From the NCBI GenBank assembly GCA_002633005.1, contig NMRA01000100.1, positions 945,787-1,009,786 on the forward strand: a stretch of 64,000 nucleotides of DNA. The letters run 5' to 3'. This document shows, one piece after another, positions 1 to 52,400 of the stretch. A program made the position numbers and the translations under genes. A model generated the notes under the pieces. That model saw only the letters and a list, made by a program, of their open reading frames with translations, was not told the DNA's origin and did not search any database. Each line of letters begins with the position of its first letter. The stretch's first letter is position 1. This DNA comes from Phoronis australis (taxonomy: Eukaryota > Animalia > Phoronida).

Positions 1-3000
1 TGCTGACATTTGCGTTATCATTTTTGTAGCTAAACTGGTTACTTCAAGGGACACATTGAGTAGGTGCAGTGGAAAGAGGCCATGTGTTGTTCAATTCATT
101 CCAGAGAGTGATCGCATTTTTGATAACAATTTTCATTTTCAAAGTGATTCCGGTAGTGAGGAAACTAAGTAACTTTTGGCAAAAATTGACCCCTTCGCAG
201 ACAGCTCGAGCTCATCTGTCTGTGTACAACATTTTCTAATGAAAAACTGCTTCCGTTTAGATACAGAAAACCCCCGCTGGATGTTGCTGTATTAGTTTTC
301 CCAACGAAAATTGTTCCCATAATGGGAGTTAGTCTGGCTACTGCCATAATGGCAGAGGTCTGAGTGTTGTTTTCAATGCAGTGTGCAGTTTTGTTCTGAT
401 TTACAGTGTCTTTTTAACTGGTATCTAGTTCAACAGTGCGAACAGAACTGATATTTTACTGACCATTTTAGTACTGTGAACCACAAGTTGTTTCAAAATG
501 GAGTCAGCAAGTACTTTTTCCCTTGGTCACTCATGAACATGTGCACCAGTTGACCATGTGACCAGGAGAGCATTCCGTAAACTTAGTTTCTTACAAGAAC
601 AGCATGAACTAGCAAGACCTCGTAAAGTCTTGGGAGCTTATCCTGTCCAAGCAAAATGGTGGCCACCGAGTTGATTGGTTGGTGAGGTTGAAGTGTTGAA
701 TTATGGGATTGAAGTCTGCATTTCTGTGAAGATTTTTCATCGGGAGAGCAAGCTAATGTGTTGATCGAGGTCTAAGGAACTCTTAGATTCTGGTTTATAT
801 TCATATTCTTGTCTGGTCTATTTCCTGTCATTCACAAGTGGCTGCAGGTTGGTACCAAAACACAGTTCACTGGATATGTCCAGTGGGTCATTGCCCTTCA
901 GGTTGTTTAGCATAAAGTGTCAAATTCCCTGTCTTTAGTTTGTCACTGACTTATTGATTCCTTCCACAAAACCACTGCAATTCTACAGGAAGATTCCAAA
1001 GACTACCCCAGGATTGCTCGTTGGTTTTTGGCACCAAATGGCCAAGGTAGAGCTCAGAAAAGCTGACCCCTCGCTAAAAAGCACGACTTAGTGACATTAC
1101 GGGTGATATTGCCGTGTATTTTAAATTAGAACACTTGATTTTTGGCTAGATTTTAGCGAGGTCCTAGCGTTACTGAACTCTACCCAGCTCTGTATGAAGT
1201 GCCGGAGGGTAAAATGTCAATAAAATGTCAAAACTTGAATTACTCACTGCCTCATGAAAGGCATCCTTGTTAATTTATGATTATGGTATTTCCTTGCATT
1301 TCCTGTCCGCAAATCTCACGACCTTGGAAAAAGTGACTTAATACACTCAATGACTATTAGCAAAGTCTGAAAATGTCAAATATGCCTGCAATGTTCTTTT
1401 GTATTCAGGTGGCTACCTGATGCTACAGGTACAGCACTCATTGGGAGAACTTTTTAGGTTGAACCCCTGGTCTTATGAATGGTCATCGTGGCTCTCAAAT
1501 TTCCATTTAGTCTTGTTGAAGAAGGCCATGAGTTGATGTTCACTAACATCTTGTGTGTCGGTGCAGTTCATTCGAGTCTTAGTGTATAGTTGGTCTAAAG
1601 GAATTCTCAAGTACTACCAGAAAATTAAGTTTTAGAAAATTGTGTGCGTTCACAACATTGAATGTAGCCATTGAAAAATGAAAAAGTGCAATTTTTATTA
1701 ATTATTTTTCTTCCAGTTTGGTCTGCATTTTGTGTAGCACATACCAGATTTTCAACTTTGGTATAGCCAGCTGTATTTCTGTGTGGAAAAAAAATTGACT
1801 GTTAAGAATGCATGCTGTTTGCAACTTTTCAAGCCTTGAAGTAAGCATTGTTATTATCGTTATCATTAATATTAATTATTATGGAAATACTTCAAACAAT
1901 TGACAGACCTGTTGAATTTGTTTGAATTATTCAATACAAGCAAACACTGAGAACTCTTTACTCTATTATAGGCCTAATTTTTTCTGTATAGGTATCATCA
2001 AACATCAGCTGGTAAACATTGATTCGAGAAATAACGAAATGGTAACTTTGGCAATTTTTATTGTTTGAAATAACCGAAGTTCTATCATGTTTATTTAAAG
2101 TTCTTTCTAGAATTACTTCAAGTAAGATTTGTGATTTTGTTTCTGAGTTTGGCCTTATGTCAGAACAGTCTAGAATTCAGGGGCATGTCTTTCCATGAAA
2201 ATCTGATGTGGAACAGGTGCATGAGTAGTTAACTCCCCTCAAAGGCCATACCACATATCTCTGGGTCTTTGATAAGGCCTTGATCTGTGTGTCTCACAGA
2301 AGCTTCATCAATCACGTTAACAGACTGTGGATGGACTACTGTAGATGTTGAGTACATATCAGAGTTGTGCAGGTCTAGGTCATAGTGAGGGTTCATGCAG
2401 TAGGGTGAAAGACCTTAAGGGTGTTCCACCTCTCAGTCCAGGTGCTGAGATATTCCTAAGTTGATTCTTGCGCCATCTAATAAGTCAACAAATGCAAAAT
2501 ACCCCTGGACTTTCTACGCAGTATGGTTTCCATAGAGTAATTTTGTGTAACCCCTTAAAAGTGTGTTGATTATGTATTATTTTCTGTTGATTTGTAGTGC
2601 TGCTGTACAAACTAAGACTTTGTGGATGGAAACTCAGGTGTTCAGGCATGAAGTCTTATAATCTTATTTTGATTTAATTTCTCAACAAAAAGAAACATAT
2701 TTTACTTCCTAACGTGGCAGGTCTGCACAGAAGTTTTTGGTTAGTAGTGGCAAAGAGCATACTAGTCATCATTTTGAAAAGTCGTAAATGTTGGTATTGA
2801 CAAATACAGGTGCTAGTTAAAGAACTATATGTTGGTAACAAAATCGCTCAAAGATGGTATTACAACTCACCTACAAAATGTCAAAGTGAAATCGTGTTTC
2901 TGTAATCAAAACAAGATGCTTGTCTGAGAATTAGATCACAGTAACCTGGCAACCTAAAAGTGTGAGTTATATGCTAAAATGCGAGTTATAATCTAAGAAT

Positions 3001-3638
3001 TACGTGTCTCTTTATCATGTAAGGAATAACTGACTGTTTTATGAATGTGATTTCTGTCCCCCTTCAGCTGATATAGTATTTTGTTCGCATTTGATTGAGC
3101 TAAAATTAGGCAAGGAGGCTACCACTGCTGAGGAATCTTTAGGTGTATGAAATGCGTGGTCAAACGTCCACCACAAAGTAGCTTGACCAAGTGTATGTGG
3201 GTTTGTAGAAAGAGGCTGAAGGGTGTCCCAAATCAGCAGGGTTGTGCCTACCTTGTCTCTTGATTGGAGCCAGACTGTTTCTGAATTGGACTCCACTTTC
3301 CTGAAACACTTTTCTCCTCCTCATATAATCACTTCAAGCTTTTTACAAGGTCTAAAGTTGAGCTAGTATTCTTAGTAAATCTGATACAGACTGTGTATTA
3401 CAATATTTCCGGTTATACTTTTGTAATGTTTTCATTTTCGTTATTCGATCCAAGTTAATATAAATTCTGCGGAGTTTTGTATTTTTAAGTACTTGCAAGT
3501 TTTAATCTTTGGCAAATTGAAATGGAAACTTCTTTTGGGAAATGCATTCTGCTAGCTACGTTGTTACTTAGTTTCTATTCGTCATGTATGGAATAGAAGG
3601 TTCACCACCCCTCAGTGTTTCCTGCTCATGTTTTCCAG

Positions 3639-41443
<37,805 letters not shown>

Positions 41444-42185
41444 ACTCAACCTGTACTTGTCAGGGCTTTTGCCATTTTTGTACTGTACCTGACGTCCTCT
41501 GTGTATTTATCTAGACATATGCAAATTTTTGTGGGATGGGAAACCGATGTTTAGTATGTAGCAGAATTTTGCCAATAATTGTCCATACGCAAAATGGTGA
41601 CAGCACTTAAACCTGTTTAATGAAGTCTGTAGTCATGTTTTTCTTGAATTTTTGTATGACAAACATCTAACATGTCTCACGAAAAATATATGAAAAGGGA
41701 AGCTATTGGTACATTTGAATAGAAGCTTGAGTTGTTTAAAAGTGCCAGACTGTAAAAACACAAATGTTTGATAACTGGATGAATATTATTTTAAGCTGAA
41801 CTCGTTATTTACAAGCTTTGCTATGTACTCGTTATTGTTTTATAGGCGTTACTTTACCATTTGAAATGTGGTCTGTTGTGTCATTATAATGCACTCGAGT
41901 TGACTGATAGTGAATGAAACACCCCTAGATGGCACCACCTTACCATGGTTAGGTTTTTACCTCAGTGTGGCCATTAGTAAATTTAGCGAATGAGTGCTGT
42001 GAAGAGCTAACATGAACATGAATTAGAAATACACGGAATTATGTTTGAAAGAAATTTGTTTTTGAAGGTTCTTCATGAATCTAGCAAAGGTTGTTTTAGG
42101 AGAATGCGAGTTTCCAGTGTCTTAGTATAGGGTACATTGGTTGAATGCTTTACTCCCAAAAATTTGAGATACGCCATCAAATGAC

Positions 42186-42235
42186 AATAAACATCAGTTA
42201 GCCTTCTCTTTGTGTTGCTTTTTTTTTTAAATAAA
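42186..42235 (+). terminator. Candidate polyadenylation signals of alpha-actinin
   Basis: AATAAA at 42186 and 42230, each followed by GT/T-rich sequence, about 750-800 nt after the stop. Confidence 0.55.
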
Positions 42236-42892
42236 ACACTCAACATTGCTTGTGTGTGGTCTTGAACTGAAGTCCCTAAGAACTACCACAGATGGAGAGC
42301 CACAAGCTGAACTGTCTGCTTCAAGTAAACGATAGCTGAGCTAATAGCTCACATCGAGACATAAAAATTCAATTGAATAATCTGACTATAAATTAATTCA
42401 GTTGTTCTGGCGTCTCAACTATGATTGACTATACGGCTCAACTCGTAGCTCTCCATCTGCAATGTCTCTAAGCCAAGCGATCATAGGCCTTGAAAGTAAT
42501 GAAATGTTGGTGATTGTGCATTATGAAAACACTTGGTCCACTCTTGAGATAAAGCTCCAAAAGAAAGGCAAAGCAGTGCTTTTATTGTCAGAATCGGATG
42601 TGATGAGGTAATTACATTTTCTCAACATAAGTGATACAATGCCAGTGGACCAAACTCTGAATATAATATTTCAAAGCATGGAAAGTTGCAATTACAATAC
42701 TGTCGTAGACTCAGAGGTAATTTAGTTAAGCTACAGAATTCAGTTCAAATACTCAACTCTACACAATGAAAACACCTTACATGAACTAAAAAAATGTAAT
42801 TATGCTTCACATTGCGAACAATTTGTCCCGTCAGCATGCCATCTTTTTGGTCACATCGCGTGACCTAATGAATATAAGTCTGATAAGATTTC

Positions 42893-42945
42893 TGTCCCCG
42901 ACCGGGACTTGAACTCGGGACCTTCTAACCGAGCAGATACTTCAC
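42893..42945 (-). mobile_element. tRNA-derived SINE-like fragment
   Basis: On -: ggtcccgagttcaagtcccggtcggggaca (B-box/T-arm); no convincing 5' half. Confidence 0.45.
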
Positions 42946-43328
42946 ATTACTGGTATATTGTCAAGAACGACATCTAAAATTCTGCACACACACACATTTT
43001 TCAAATTTACTCGTAGCCAGTACAAATTTGTAATTTTACTTGAAGTACTGGGTATACCAAGCAATTTCAAGTCAAGTGCCAAGTTCATGGATTAGGGCAA
43101 GTCACTCGAAGAACCAGTTTCTCTACTGAATAACGAGCATCAAACTGATTCTCAAAGTTTGGGACTGTTGCACTCATGAGATGCCAGAGTACTCGGATCT
43201 CTATGATGCATTGTAAATCATCCTGGAAAGATATGTAAAATCTATGATGTTTCAAGACTCATTGACTTGGTGGACCATTGTGAACAATGATTCAAATAAA
43301 AGCAAAACAAATTGCACAACGTGCCACT

Positions 43329-43499
43329 TTAATAATTTCCATAAGAGTAATACTGGTCGCGGTAGGCATCACTGCACAGGCGTGACTGAGATAAGTTTTT
43401 CTTTGCGACGCCCCCCATAAACAATTCAAACGTTGCAGACTTCTTGGCATGGATGATGGCGGTTGCCGCATCTCGCTCGGCTACACTGTTTCGGCAGTG
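43329..43499 (-). CDS. cpras1: cpRAS gene probable last coding exon ([10 protein letters not shown]...[10 protein letters not shown])
   Basis: tttacag acceptor, phase 0, TAA stop; AATAAA on the minus strand at 42581-42586. Confidence 0.75.
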   Translation of the reverse strand, partial: HCRNSVAERDAATAIIHAKKSATFELFMGGVAKKNLSQSRLCSDAYRDQYYSYGNY

Positions 43500-46400
43500 C
43501 TGTAAATAAATATTTACAAAATATATAACATGTAGTGATTTAGCAGAACCACCATGGAACTGCATAGCCGCATGGAAATTCATTTACAACATATCCGAGG
43601 TCAAAGGTTACAGGGCTGTCACTCAAATCGAATCTCCCACCAGTCACAGAGAGTCTTCATATGCGCCCTCAGTCTTTTCATTCACTGAGTGCTCACAATA
43701 TTGAAACGAGGTATGCATATGATAGAAAGCTGCTGAGGGAATTGTGTATCTGCATGCATGCAACCGTTGAGAATGAATGCTCCGAGTTGCCTTTGTTCAA
43801 GAACACAGGAAGTTGTGAAATCCTCACAAAATTCTTTACTTTGATAGGTAATTTGACATTTTGCTGTTAACCGGTTCCTCTGAAAATTTAAACTTTTCTC
43901 TTTTGGTCCAAAGTCACGATTTTATAGGCAGATTTTGATAAATAATGAAACAAGTAACATCAATACCGCTTAAGTTTAAGAATATCTGTGCAAGCTTTAA
44001 AAGCGTCATCTCCTACTCGAGCCTAAAATTAAGCACAAGGTTAGTGTAAGTATCATAAACCCCGCTTGAATTTAAGCATANGCTCCGAGTTGCCTTTGTT
44101 CAAGAACACAGGAAGTTGTGAAATCCTCACAAAATTCTTTACTTTGATAGGTAATTTGACATTTTGCTGTTTCGATCTCATGCTCACGACGTGCTTTAAC
44201 CAGTGACTCGATTTCTGTAATCCATTTTATACTTGGTTTCATATCAGTCTCCCAGCATGAGGTGTGTATAACAATGCACTGTTGACCTACTTTTAAGTAG
44301 GTCAACAATTCATCGCCTATCAGACTGGAGATGGTAACAAAATTAATGTTTTAGCGATAATTATTAAGTTAATAATGCACTGCAAATTCAGTTGACATCA
44401 GAGTGAATGTTGAAATAGCGAACATAGTTAAAGCACGTTATGGTTATATTGACCGAAAACAAGCTTTCACCGAATAATTAACTGAAGACATTGAAAATTT
44501 CACGTGTCCCAACTTAATCAGCTTTTTCTCGACTTGGGCAAATTGACTTAATTTGAACTCTGGAACACAAGATCTCAAAAACGGTTCAGTGGATTTCACT
44601 GATAAAACTTTCCAAACTTGATTGTCTCAAAACGCTGTTAGCATTTTCAATATAAAGGCCAAGTTCTTGTGCAATGTAACAAAGATGAATACAACTGCTA
44701 TTTTTACAAAAATATCTTATGTTTTGTGAGTTGATTAGCCCTAGAAACCAAACTAAGAGATTAATAAAAAAATCCTAACAGCACTTTTGAGGTAACTGGT
44801 GAAGTTTTCATTTAAAAAGGTTTCATTAAAATCGACCGAGGCGTTATTAAAAATGGAATTTGGACTTAAAAAAGCGTTACTGTAATCTTACAATAGCACA
44901 TGAATATAAAATATACTTATAATCCCTGACCTTTTTTCTTTCAGAAAATATAACGTTTACTATATTTGACAAAGCCTGTTTTTGATAGAGTTAGAATGGA
45001 GTCCCCTAAATAAGGTTTGAGATAACCTTAACACTGTTCCGTGTTCAACCTCTGTATCATAGTTATCAATAGACAACATATAAAAAATTGAGGACATTTG
45101 CAACAATGTTAGAAGCCTTGAAAACTAGTAAAAAAGAGCAATTTTCATACTTATCTTTGTCCATTATTGGTAAGATTTTATTTTATGCACACAATTCTCA
45201 TCTCATTTCCTGTGACCACCTTATTGAAGTGTCTCAGCCAAAAACGTGATTTGAAAAATGATGTTAAGTGAAAGAACCAAATTCTTCATTTTCTTCACAC
45301 ATACTGACCTAGTTTTTACTTATAAGAGTCACATTTGGAAATGAAGACAGTCAAAGGTTTCATTAGCTGAAGCCGAAAGAGACAACAGAGGCGGTTTTAT
45401 GGGACTGATCCTGTTTAATTCCAAATTTCTTAAATTTGGAAATGTGAATTTTTGTGTAGGTCATTTGAACAGAACATAAGATTATTTTATAATCCAGGAA
45501 TGATTTATAAAAACTGTGAAGGTAGAACAAATTTCTTTGAAAACCTTTGCGTGACAAAACTGCAAGCAAAGCTACCATATGTTGGAACTCTTTTTCTGTC
45601 AGGATTAACCCAGCACCACGAATGAGTTCTTCCTCAACTCAGAAATTACTTTTAACTTGAGCAAGGAAGATATCAAGACCAATTGTACTACAGTGAGTGG
45701 TCTAAATCAAAATGCCCGTACCTTTTAGTTGGAAGAAGTCAGGTTCATAGCAGAGGCATTGTGCCCTGATTAGCAGGCTAAAAACAAAAATCAAAAAGGG
45801 CCCTTCACTAACAACATCAGTCTCATAACATTCCTTACTGCGATAGGGTTCTACTTTCACTACCAATTGCAAGTCACAGGCAGTGAACCGTTTTCAAATG
45901 GGTAATTTTAGGATTGGCCAACCCCAATAACCTCTGAAGCGTTTTCTTGAGTCATTGATGGTTTCGACATTCTTCATTGGTAACGGAAACAGAATATTGC
46001 CATGGTAAAGAATATTGCAAGACTGTTTTTACGAGAGCAAAAGACCAAATTTAACTTCTGTTTTTGACAGCAAAATAGAGAAAAATGCAGCCTTAAAATA
46101 TGAACTCAAGTAGTCAATCCTTGCAAAAAATGAAAATTTATTGTAAATTCTATATAAAGCCCAAATCACATAGACATCGTGAAGGCCCTCAACCACATAA
46201 TCCATGGATTAGCATAGTCGCGATCGAGTGCCATAGATACCAAACAACTTACTGAGGACTCCATGTCGGCCAACTGTCGATCAAACTCTTCGCACTCTAA
46301 GGCATAACTGAAGTTCTCCTCCAACTGACGAGAGTTTAGTGCCACCAAGCGATGTACTGCTCGTCTAAAATGTGAGAACAGAATTCCTGTTACCTTTCAG

Positions 46401-49400
46401 TATCACATGAATCTTCAGTAAAACTCGCATAAGTCGGACATGCATCAGTCAGATTTTCACAGCCTATGACAGCGAACAGCCTTGCCAAACTCTCTAACAT
46501 CACTGGCAAAATCAAATTCAGAATTGAGCCTCAAACTAGAAAGGTTTTCTAATAAATCAATTTGAAAAAATCCAAGAGTCCCACTACTTACAGATGACCT
46601 CTGGCCTCCTCATATCTGCCCTGTTCCGCTGCCTTAGCAGACATCTGCATCGCTGCTGTGCCAAGCACTGCTACGTTTGTAGTCTGAAAAGTAAAAATCA
46701 CGTGAAGTGTGCCTTGAATAACCTTGGACCCAAAATGTGATTTTTATCACTAAGCTGTAACCTTACATGTTCATCTAATGCCCAGTACAGAGTTTAATGT
46801 GATAAGCTAACAAATCGAGGAAGGACTTCAAATCAAACACAACGAAACAAGTGAAATTATTGTTATTTATTGTACGCTTGAGCTGAGCACCAACATTAGC
46901 TCTTACAGTATTTTTAAAAGACAAAAAAATTTTAAAGAGCACCGTTTTTCACAAACTTGCTTCATTTTCATGGATACAAATTTGCTAACAATCAACAATT
47001 AATGTATTTCAGACTCGGCACTTTCTGACACATAAATCTCAAGCAGAACAGAAAAAAATCTTTACCTGCTCCATTTTGTGTCTGTCTTCGGTCATTTTTC
47101 TTCGATAACTAAGAACACGGAGGAGCTTTGCACCATCTTTTCTTCGATACGTTATTTGTGCCTGAAAGAAAAAGGGCCGTTATGACACATGCGCACATGC
47201 AATTCTCTGCACAAACTATCAGACTCTTTGTGTTAAACTAACATGCGTTCTAACACGTCAACAAACAGAAATGTTTTTGGAAATGCTTTCAAACCAAATT
47301 GATTCAGCGGTCATAACTGGTTGCAAAACCTGTGTGGCCAATCTCTTCGCAAGACAAGAAAGTGTGTCATGACAGCTTTGGTGTTGCTGAAATTTTGTAC
47401 CAAAACAAAATTAAATGTGTACACAGAAGCTAAAGTTTCAATTACCTCTACAAAATATAACGACAGCTGATGTTGCTACACCTATGAAGATGGTGTTTAG
47501 GGGTTGCAAAACTCACCAGGTCATGATTCTTACCAACAACAGGAAGATAGTTCATAGCATAATTGGGGTATCATTCAGGGTTGCACACAAAACCAGTCAG
47601 ATTAAGAGGATCACTGAATTGAGCCATTGTGTTCACATTAGGAAATTTGTACCTTCCTTCTATGATCAAACGCCAACGCTGGTGAAATTCCACCAGGCCA
47701 AGGTCAGCCATGCAACCAAACAAAATGTGGGGATAAAGACATCAACGGGAAACAAATATTAAGTGTATAGTGACAGAATAAATACTACAAAATTTCTGGT
47801 CACAAGAGTTTGAGGGAAACCGAAAGGCACAACATCTATGTCGTGAATATGTCGTTAACAAAATTACCTCATCACAACCAGTTTCATCCATTTTCTTTCA
47901 AGCACAGCTTCTGTTGTAAGTTAGTGACATGTATAATTAGCTGGTAACTACTTTCCAATGAACAGCGCAAGGGTTTGGGTTTTTTTGACAAAATCACTAT
48001 AACTTGACCAATTTTGAAATTCAAAAACCCACGTAGTCTACTTTTCATACCCCTTTATTTATATTTTTTGGTTTCCATCAGTTTTTATGTCCCAAAAAGA
48101 AAATAGAAAATACAACCTGGATGCTCTCAAACCTTCTGTTCATACAGTCACTCTAATGATAACCCACCTGAAGAGGAAAGTCGTCATCCTTAAAGTCATG
48201 TTTGCTCACACCAAATGAGAAGGCGTGATCAGAGTCTTTAGTTACATTCCCAATCTCTTTTGCCAGCACACTGCCACACTGTAATAAAGACAACAATAAT
48301 TACACTGCTACCATGCTACACATATATCATACTATTGGCAAAAAACCCTCAGATAGGTGGTACTATAAACAGTACATAAGGTATTTGGATAGACTGGTAA
48401 CAAAGAATATTTTTTAAAAAGCTCTTTAAGGCTATAAAATTGCATGTCTTTAAAAACCTTTATGGTCACAGAATGTTATGTGCACAAAAATAATGCCCAG
48501 GTATTCATAATCATGTGATTTCATTTTGTCTAAAAATTCTTAATTTTTCATGGATATGAACACTAACATGAATTTCTTTGAACGAAACTTACAAATTCTG
48601 TTTCTTTATGTTATTAGCTACAAAAGGTGCTATAGATTTGCTTTAAATTCACTATCTTGGACCTTGTTAATCGAATCTAACTTCATGGTTACCAATAACT
48701 TATGTTTGTTCAAAGATGAAGATGTGACTAATAAAATTTCATCTACGACCATGCCCACCACACAGCTCACTCACCAGTTGACCATCGTTGTTTTTCCACT
48801 CCAATGACTTCTGAAGGTGAAGTGTCACTTGTACATCTGTTGCCACGACATTGTTCTGACCAATCAAGCGTATCTGGCGTATGAGTTCGCCTGGGTGAAG
48901 CACGTTGGCAGTGCCGTTTGTCACCGATGCTGCCGTGCCAATAGTCTGCAGCTCACATCCACCAAGACCCAGAATGGAAACTTTCGTCTGGTTTGACTTT
49001 GCAATGTTGCCAATCTAAAAGACCATATGCATAACCCATGCAGTAGATTCTATATCGATTACGATGGTCTGAACAAGAACAATTACTGATGACATCTGAA
49101 AGATCATCTGGTGATGTGCGCATCATAAAGCGTACCTCACTTGAGTTTTAAATAACTACCAAAATGTCAACTAATCATTTTGAAGAGTTATTCTGGTCGA
49201 ACAACAACACAGTTTTTATAAAGATCACTTGTAGTTCTCAAAATCTCATCCTGTTCTGGATTCACATTAGAAAAGGGTTATGGCCTTGATAAGTTATCTT
49301 AGCCAATCAGTTTCACTTCCCAAAGCAGCGTAAGGAGAATTTCAGGCATTTTATTTTTAGTAATCAGTTTTAATCCAAATAAAAGATAAGAATGCGATGA

Positions 49401-52400
49401 CTTTGTAGAGCTAACATGCCTGAGAAAAAATTGTATTTGACAACAGGGGTCATAACCATCAAACTTTTAATTAACAATAGGGCGGTTCTGGATTACCCAG
49501 TGATAGAACTCGACCTTTGTTCTGGAGATAACAAAGCACGTGACCTCGTTTTGGAAATCAGGCACATTTTTGTGTCTCTCATTGACATAGGGAGGGCGAA
49601 GAATTACACATCACACATATGCGAGTATTTATCCAGTTTATCTAACTTGCTCACATCCAAGTTGTAGCAGCAATACTTTGCTGGCATTGGAAGGATGAAT
49701 AGAGTAAAGCAACTGAGAAAAAAATCAAACAAATAACATGTGAAACTCCAATGGCACGAAAACAAGGCAACAAATGAGCCTGGCGGATGTTTATGGCAAT
49801 GTAGTTAAATACAGTGAGATTTAAGTGTCGCTGTATAATCCGGGATGGTCCTATTGCCTGAAATTTTAAAGTTTATTCAAGACATGCAATGTCGTTTGTT
49901 ACAGTGACTATAAACCAGTTTTCTGTCCAAGAAGCGAACTTTTGATTTAGGTCACTTCCTGCTAAAAAAATTGTCTCCACTTGTTTCTTACACAGATGAA
50001 AAGTGATTTGTTAGTTTGCAAACAACTGACAGTTTGATGTATTGGGACTATTCTCAGAGCACGCCGTCATGAGTCAACTTGTAAAGCCTGGGCTTTGTTT
50101 TATGAAAGTTTAAGTCTCAAAAGTCTGATTGTTGACATGATGACAACCATGGGCAAAAGCAACATTCAAAAAGCACGACATGTGATGGAATGATAGCATT
50201 GTTTTTTCGGTTTAAATTAAGACTAAATTCTTTCATGAAATGGAGCCCTGCATGGTCAACAACGAACTGCCATTTCTTTCAAAGTCCAGAAATCACCTCT
50301 AATTTGACTAAAAACAAATTGAGACGAATTTCATAATGGTAAGCAGTCTAAATGCAAACTTTGTGTTTGCGATGGGAAGTTTTATTACCTTTCTATAGAA
50401 GGGTGGACCTGCTTGTATTTGGCCCACACCAGCATTGGCCATTCCGTCGGTACACAGAATGATCTCAGAGCCTGGCGTCTGTGACAGTAATCCAACACCA
50501 AGGGTCAATGCAGGTCCCAGTGCCGTGGCGGAAGTAGGCGTAAGGGCAAGAACTTTGACCTTTAGTGATCTTCAACAGGAAATACAGACATTAAAAAATC
50601 CAAATTTGAATAATATTTCCAATGTACGGCTTATGGTTAGTTGACAAATTATAAAGAATTGAAATGCTATAACTACAAACACTATTAAGAAAAATTACTC
50701 CATACTGCAAATTAAAATCAATAGTCAACAGTTTTCAAGATGTAATCTCCCAACAAAAAATTTTAAAAAACAACAGATACAGGGAAAGCAGTTAATTTAT
50801 AAAACACAATGTTAATTTAGACAATGGCACCGTATAACAATTGTAGTTACTCACTCAAGCGACTTGCTAATTGGGCTGATTGTGAAACTGTTGGACCAGT
50901 CTACTCCCTCCGCCAATAGTTCACTAATGTTGTTCTGATTGGCCTCGGACCGTCTCATTTCTGGCATAACTCCATCCCCAATCAAACTGATGTCACTTGC
51001 AAATGTGATCATGGCAACTCTTTTATCTGGTTCTTCCAAAGCGAGTTTATCCAACTGCCTGAAAAATTTAATTTCATAAAATGCATTTAATTGAAAAGTA
51101 CGTTTAAGAAAATGACTCACAAAATGTTATTATTACAATTACGACAAGAGCAACGCGGAGCTTTGAAATGTGCCATGGAGTGCTTCTAGGGTTGTTTGTT
51201 TCATAAAAATAGCCGCCAGAAGGCGAAAAAACGTCCAATCCATCTGAAAATGAGTACATGCCATCGCTTCATTAATAGAAAGCTATTTACCAAATTTCAC
51301 AAAGTCATCTTCAGAATGGTTTGGTTGGGGTAGATGCCAAAAAACAAGACTCAAAAACAGGAAAAATGGCCACTAGGTGGCGCAAAAGTTCCTCGATTCC
51401 ATCCAAAAGCGGGAGGATAGCATCATCTCACCAATAAATGCCTGTATTCCAAACTTTCTGATAATCCGTTGAGGACATTTAAAGATACAGAGGTAAGCCA
51501 TGAAAATTGCCAATAGGGGGCACACTGGTAGTCAGATCCGTCCGAAAGTTGTTGTCATCCGTTGTTAACGTCATATAAATACACTAGCTAAATTTAGCAA
51601 AGATGCTGCAAACGGTTTAGGAGATACAGCCATGGGCACAAAAAAAAACAAAACTGCCACTAGGAGGTGCCACAGTAGTCAAAGTCATTGGTATATCATT
51701 ATAAGCTTCCTAGTAAAAACACACATGCCAATTTCCACAATCATCTTTAGAGAGGTTTGGTTGATAGAGGGGTGGACGCCAAAAAACAGACTCGAAAATA
51801 GCAAAAATGGCCACTAGGTGGTGCAAACTACGTCGAATCTGTCCGAAAACAGGAGGATAGTGTCATCTCACTAATAGGTGCCTATATTTCAAATTTTATG
51901 AAAACACATTGAGGACCATTGAATATACAGAGGCAAGCGTAAAAAGCATAAATTGCCACTAGGGGGCACACTGGTAGTCAGACCCATCGGAAAGTCATCG
52001 TCATTCATTGTCAACATCATATAAATACACTTGCAGAATCTTCTAGTAAAGATCCTGCCAATGGTTTACGAGATACAGCCATATGCGCAAAAAGAGACAA
52101 AACTGCCACTAGGAGGCGCCACAGTAGTCAAAATCATCGAAAAATCATCGTCAGCTGTCCTCTTCATAATAAAAACATACATGCCAATTTCCATAATCAT
52201 CCTTAAAGCGGTTTGGTTGATAGAAGGGTGGACGCCAAAAAAACACTCGAAAACAGCATAAATGGCCACTACGTGGCTCAAACTACGTCGAATCCGTCTG
52301 AAAACAGAAGGATAGCGTCATCTTACTGATAGATGCCTATATGATAAATTCTATGAAAATACGTTAAGGACCTTTGAATATATCGAGGTAAGCGTAAAAA

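Noticed and set aside
1-3638. First coding exon of alpha-actinin, or independent small genes
   Set aside because: No LLDPAWEKQQ-like peptide found; the short ORFs here and most 60-120 aa ORFs in the track lack recognisable motifs and lie in introns or repeats.
42893-42945. tRNA gene
   Set aside because: Only a T-arm/B-box-like half is present, with no full cloverleaf; treated as a SINE-like fragment.
44058-44080. cccgcttgaatttaagcata resembles the 5' conserved motif of LSU rRNA
   Set aside because: Only about 20 nt with an indel, no 5.8S/ITS context upstream, a similar word at about 43966, and truncated by an N.
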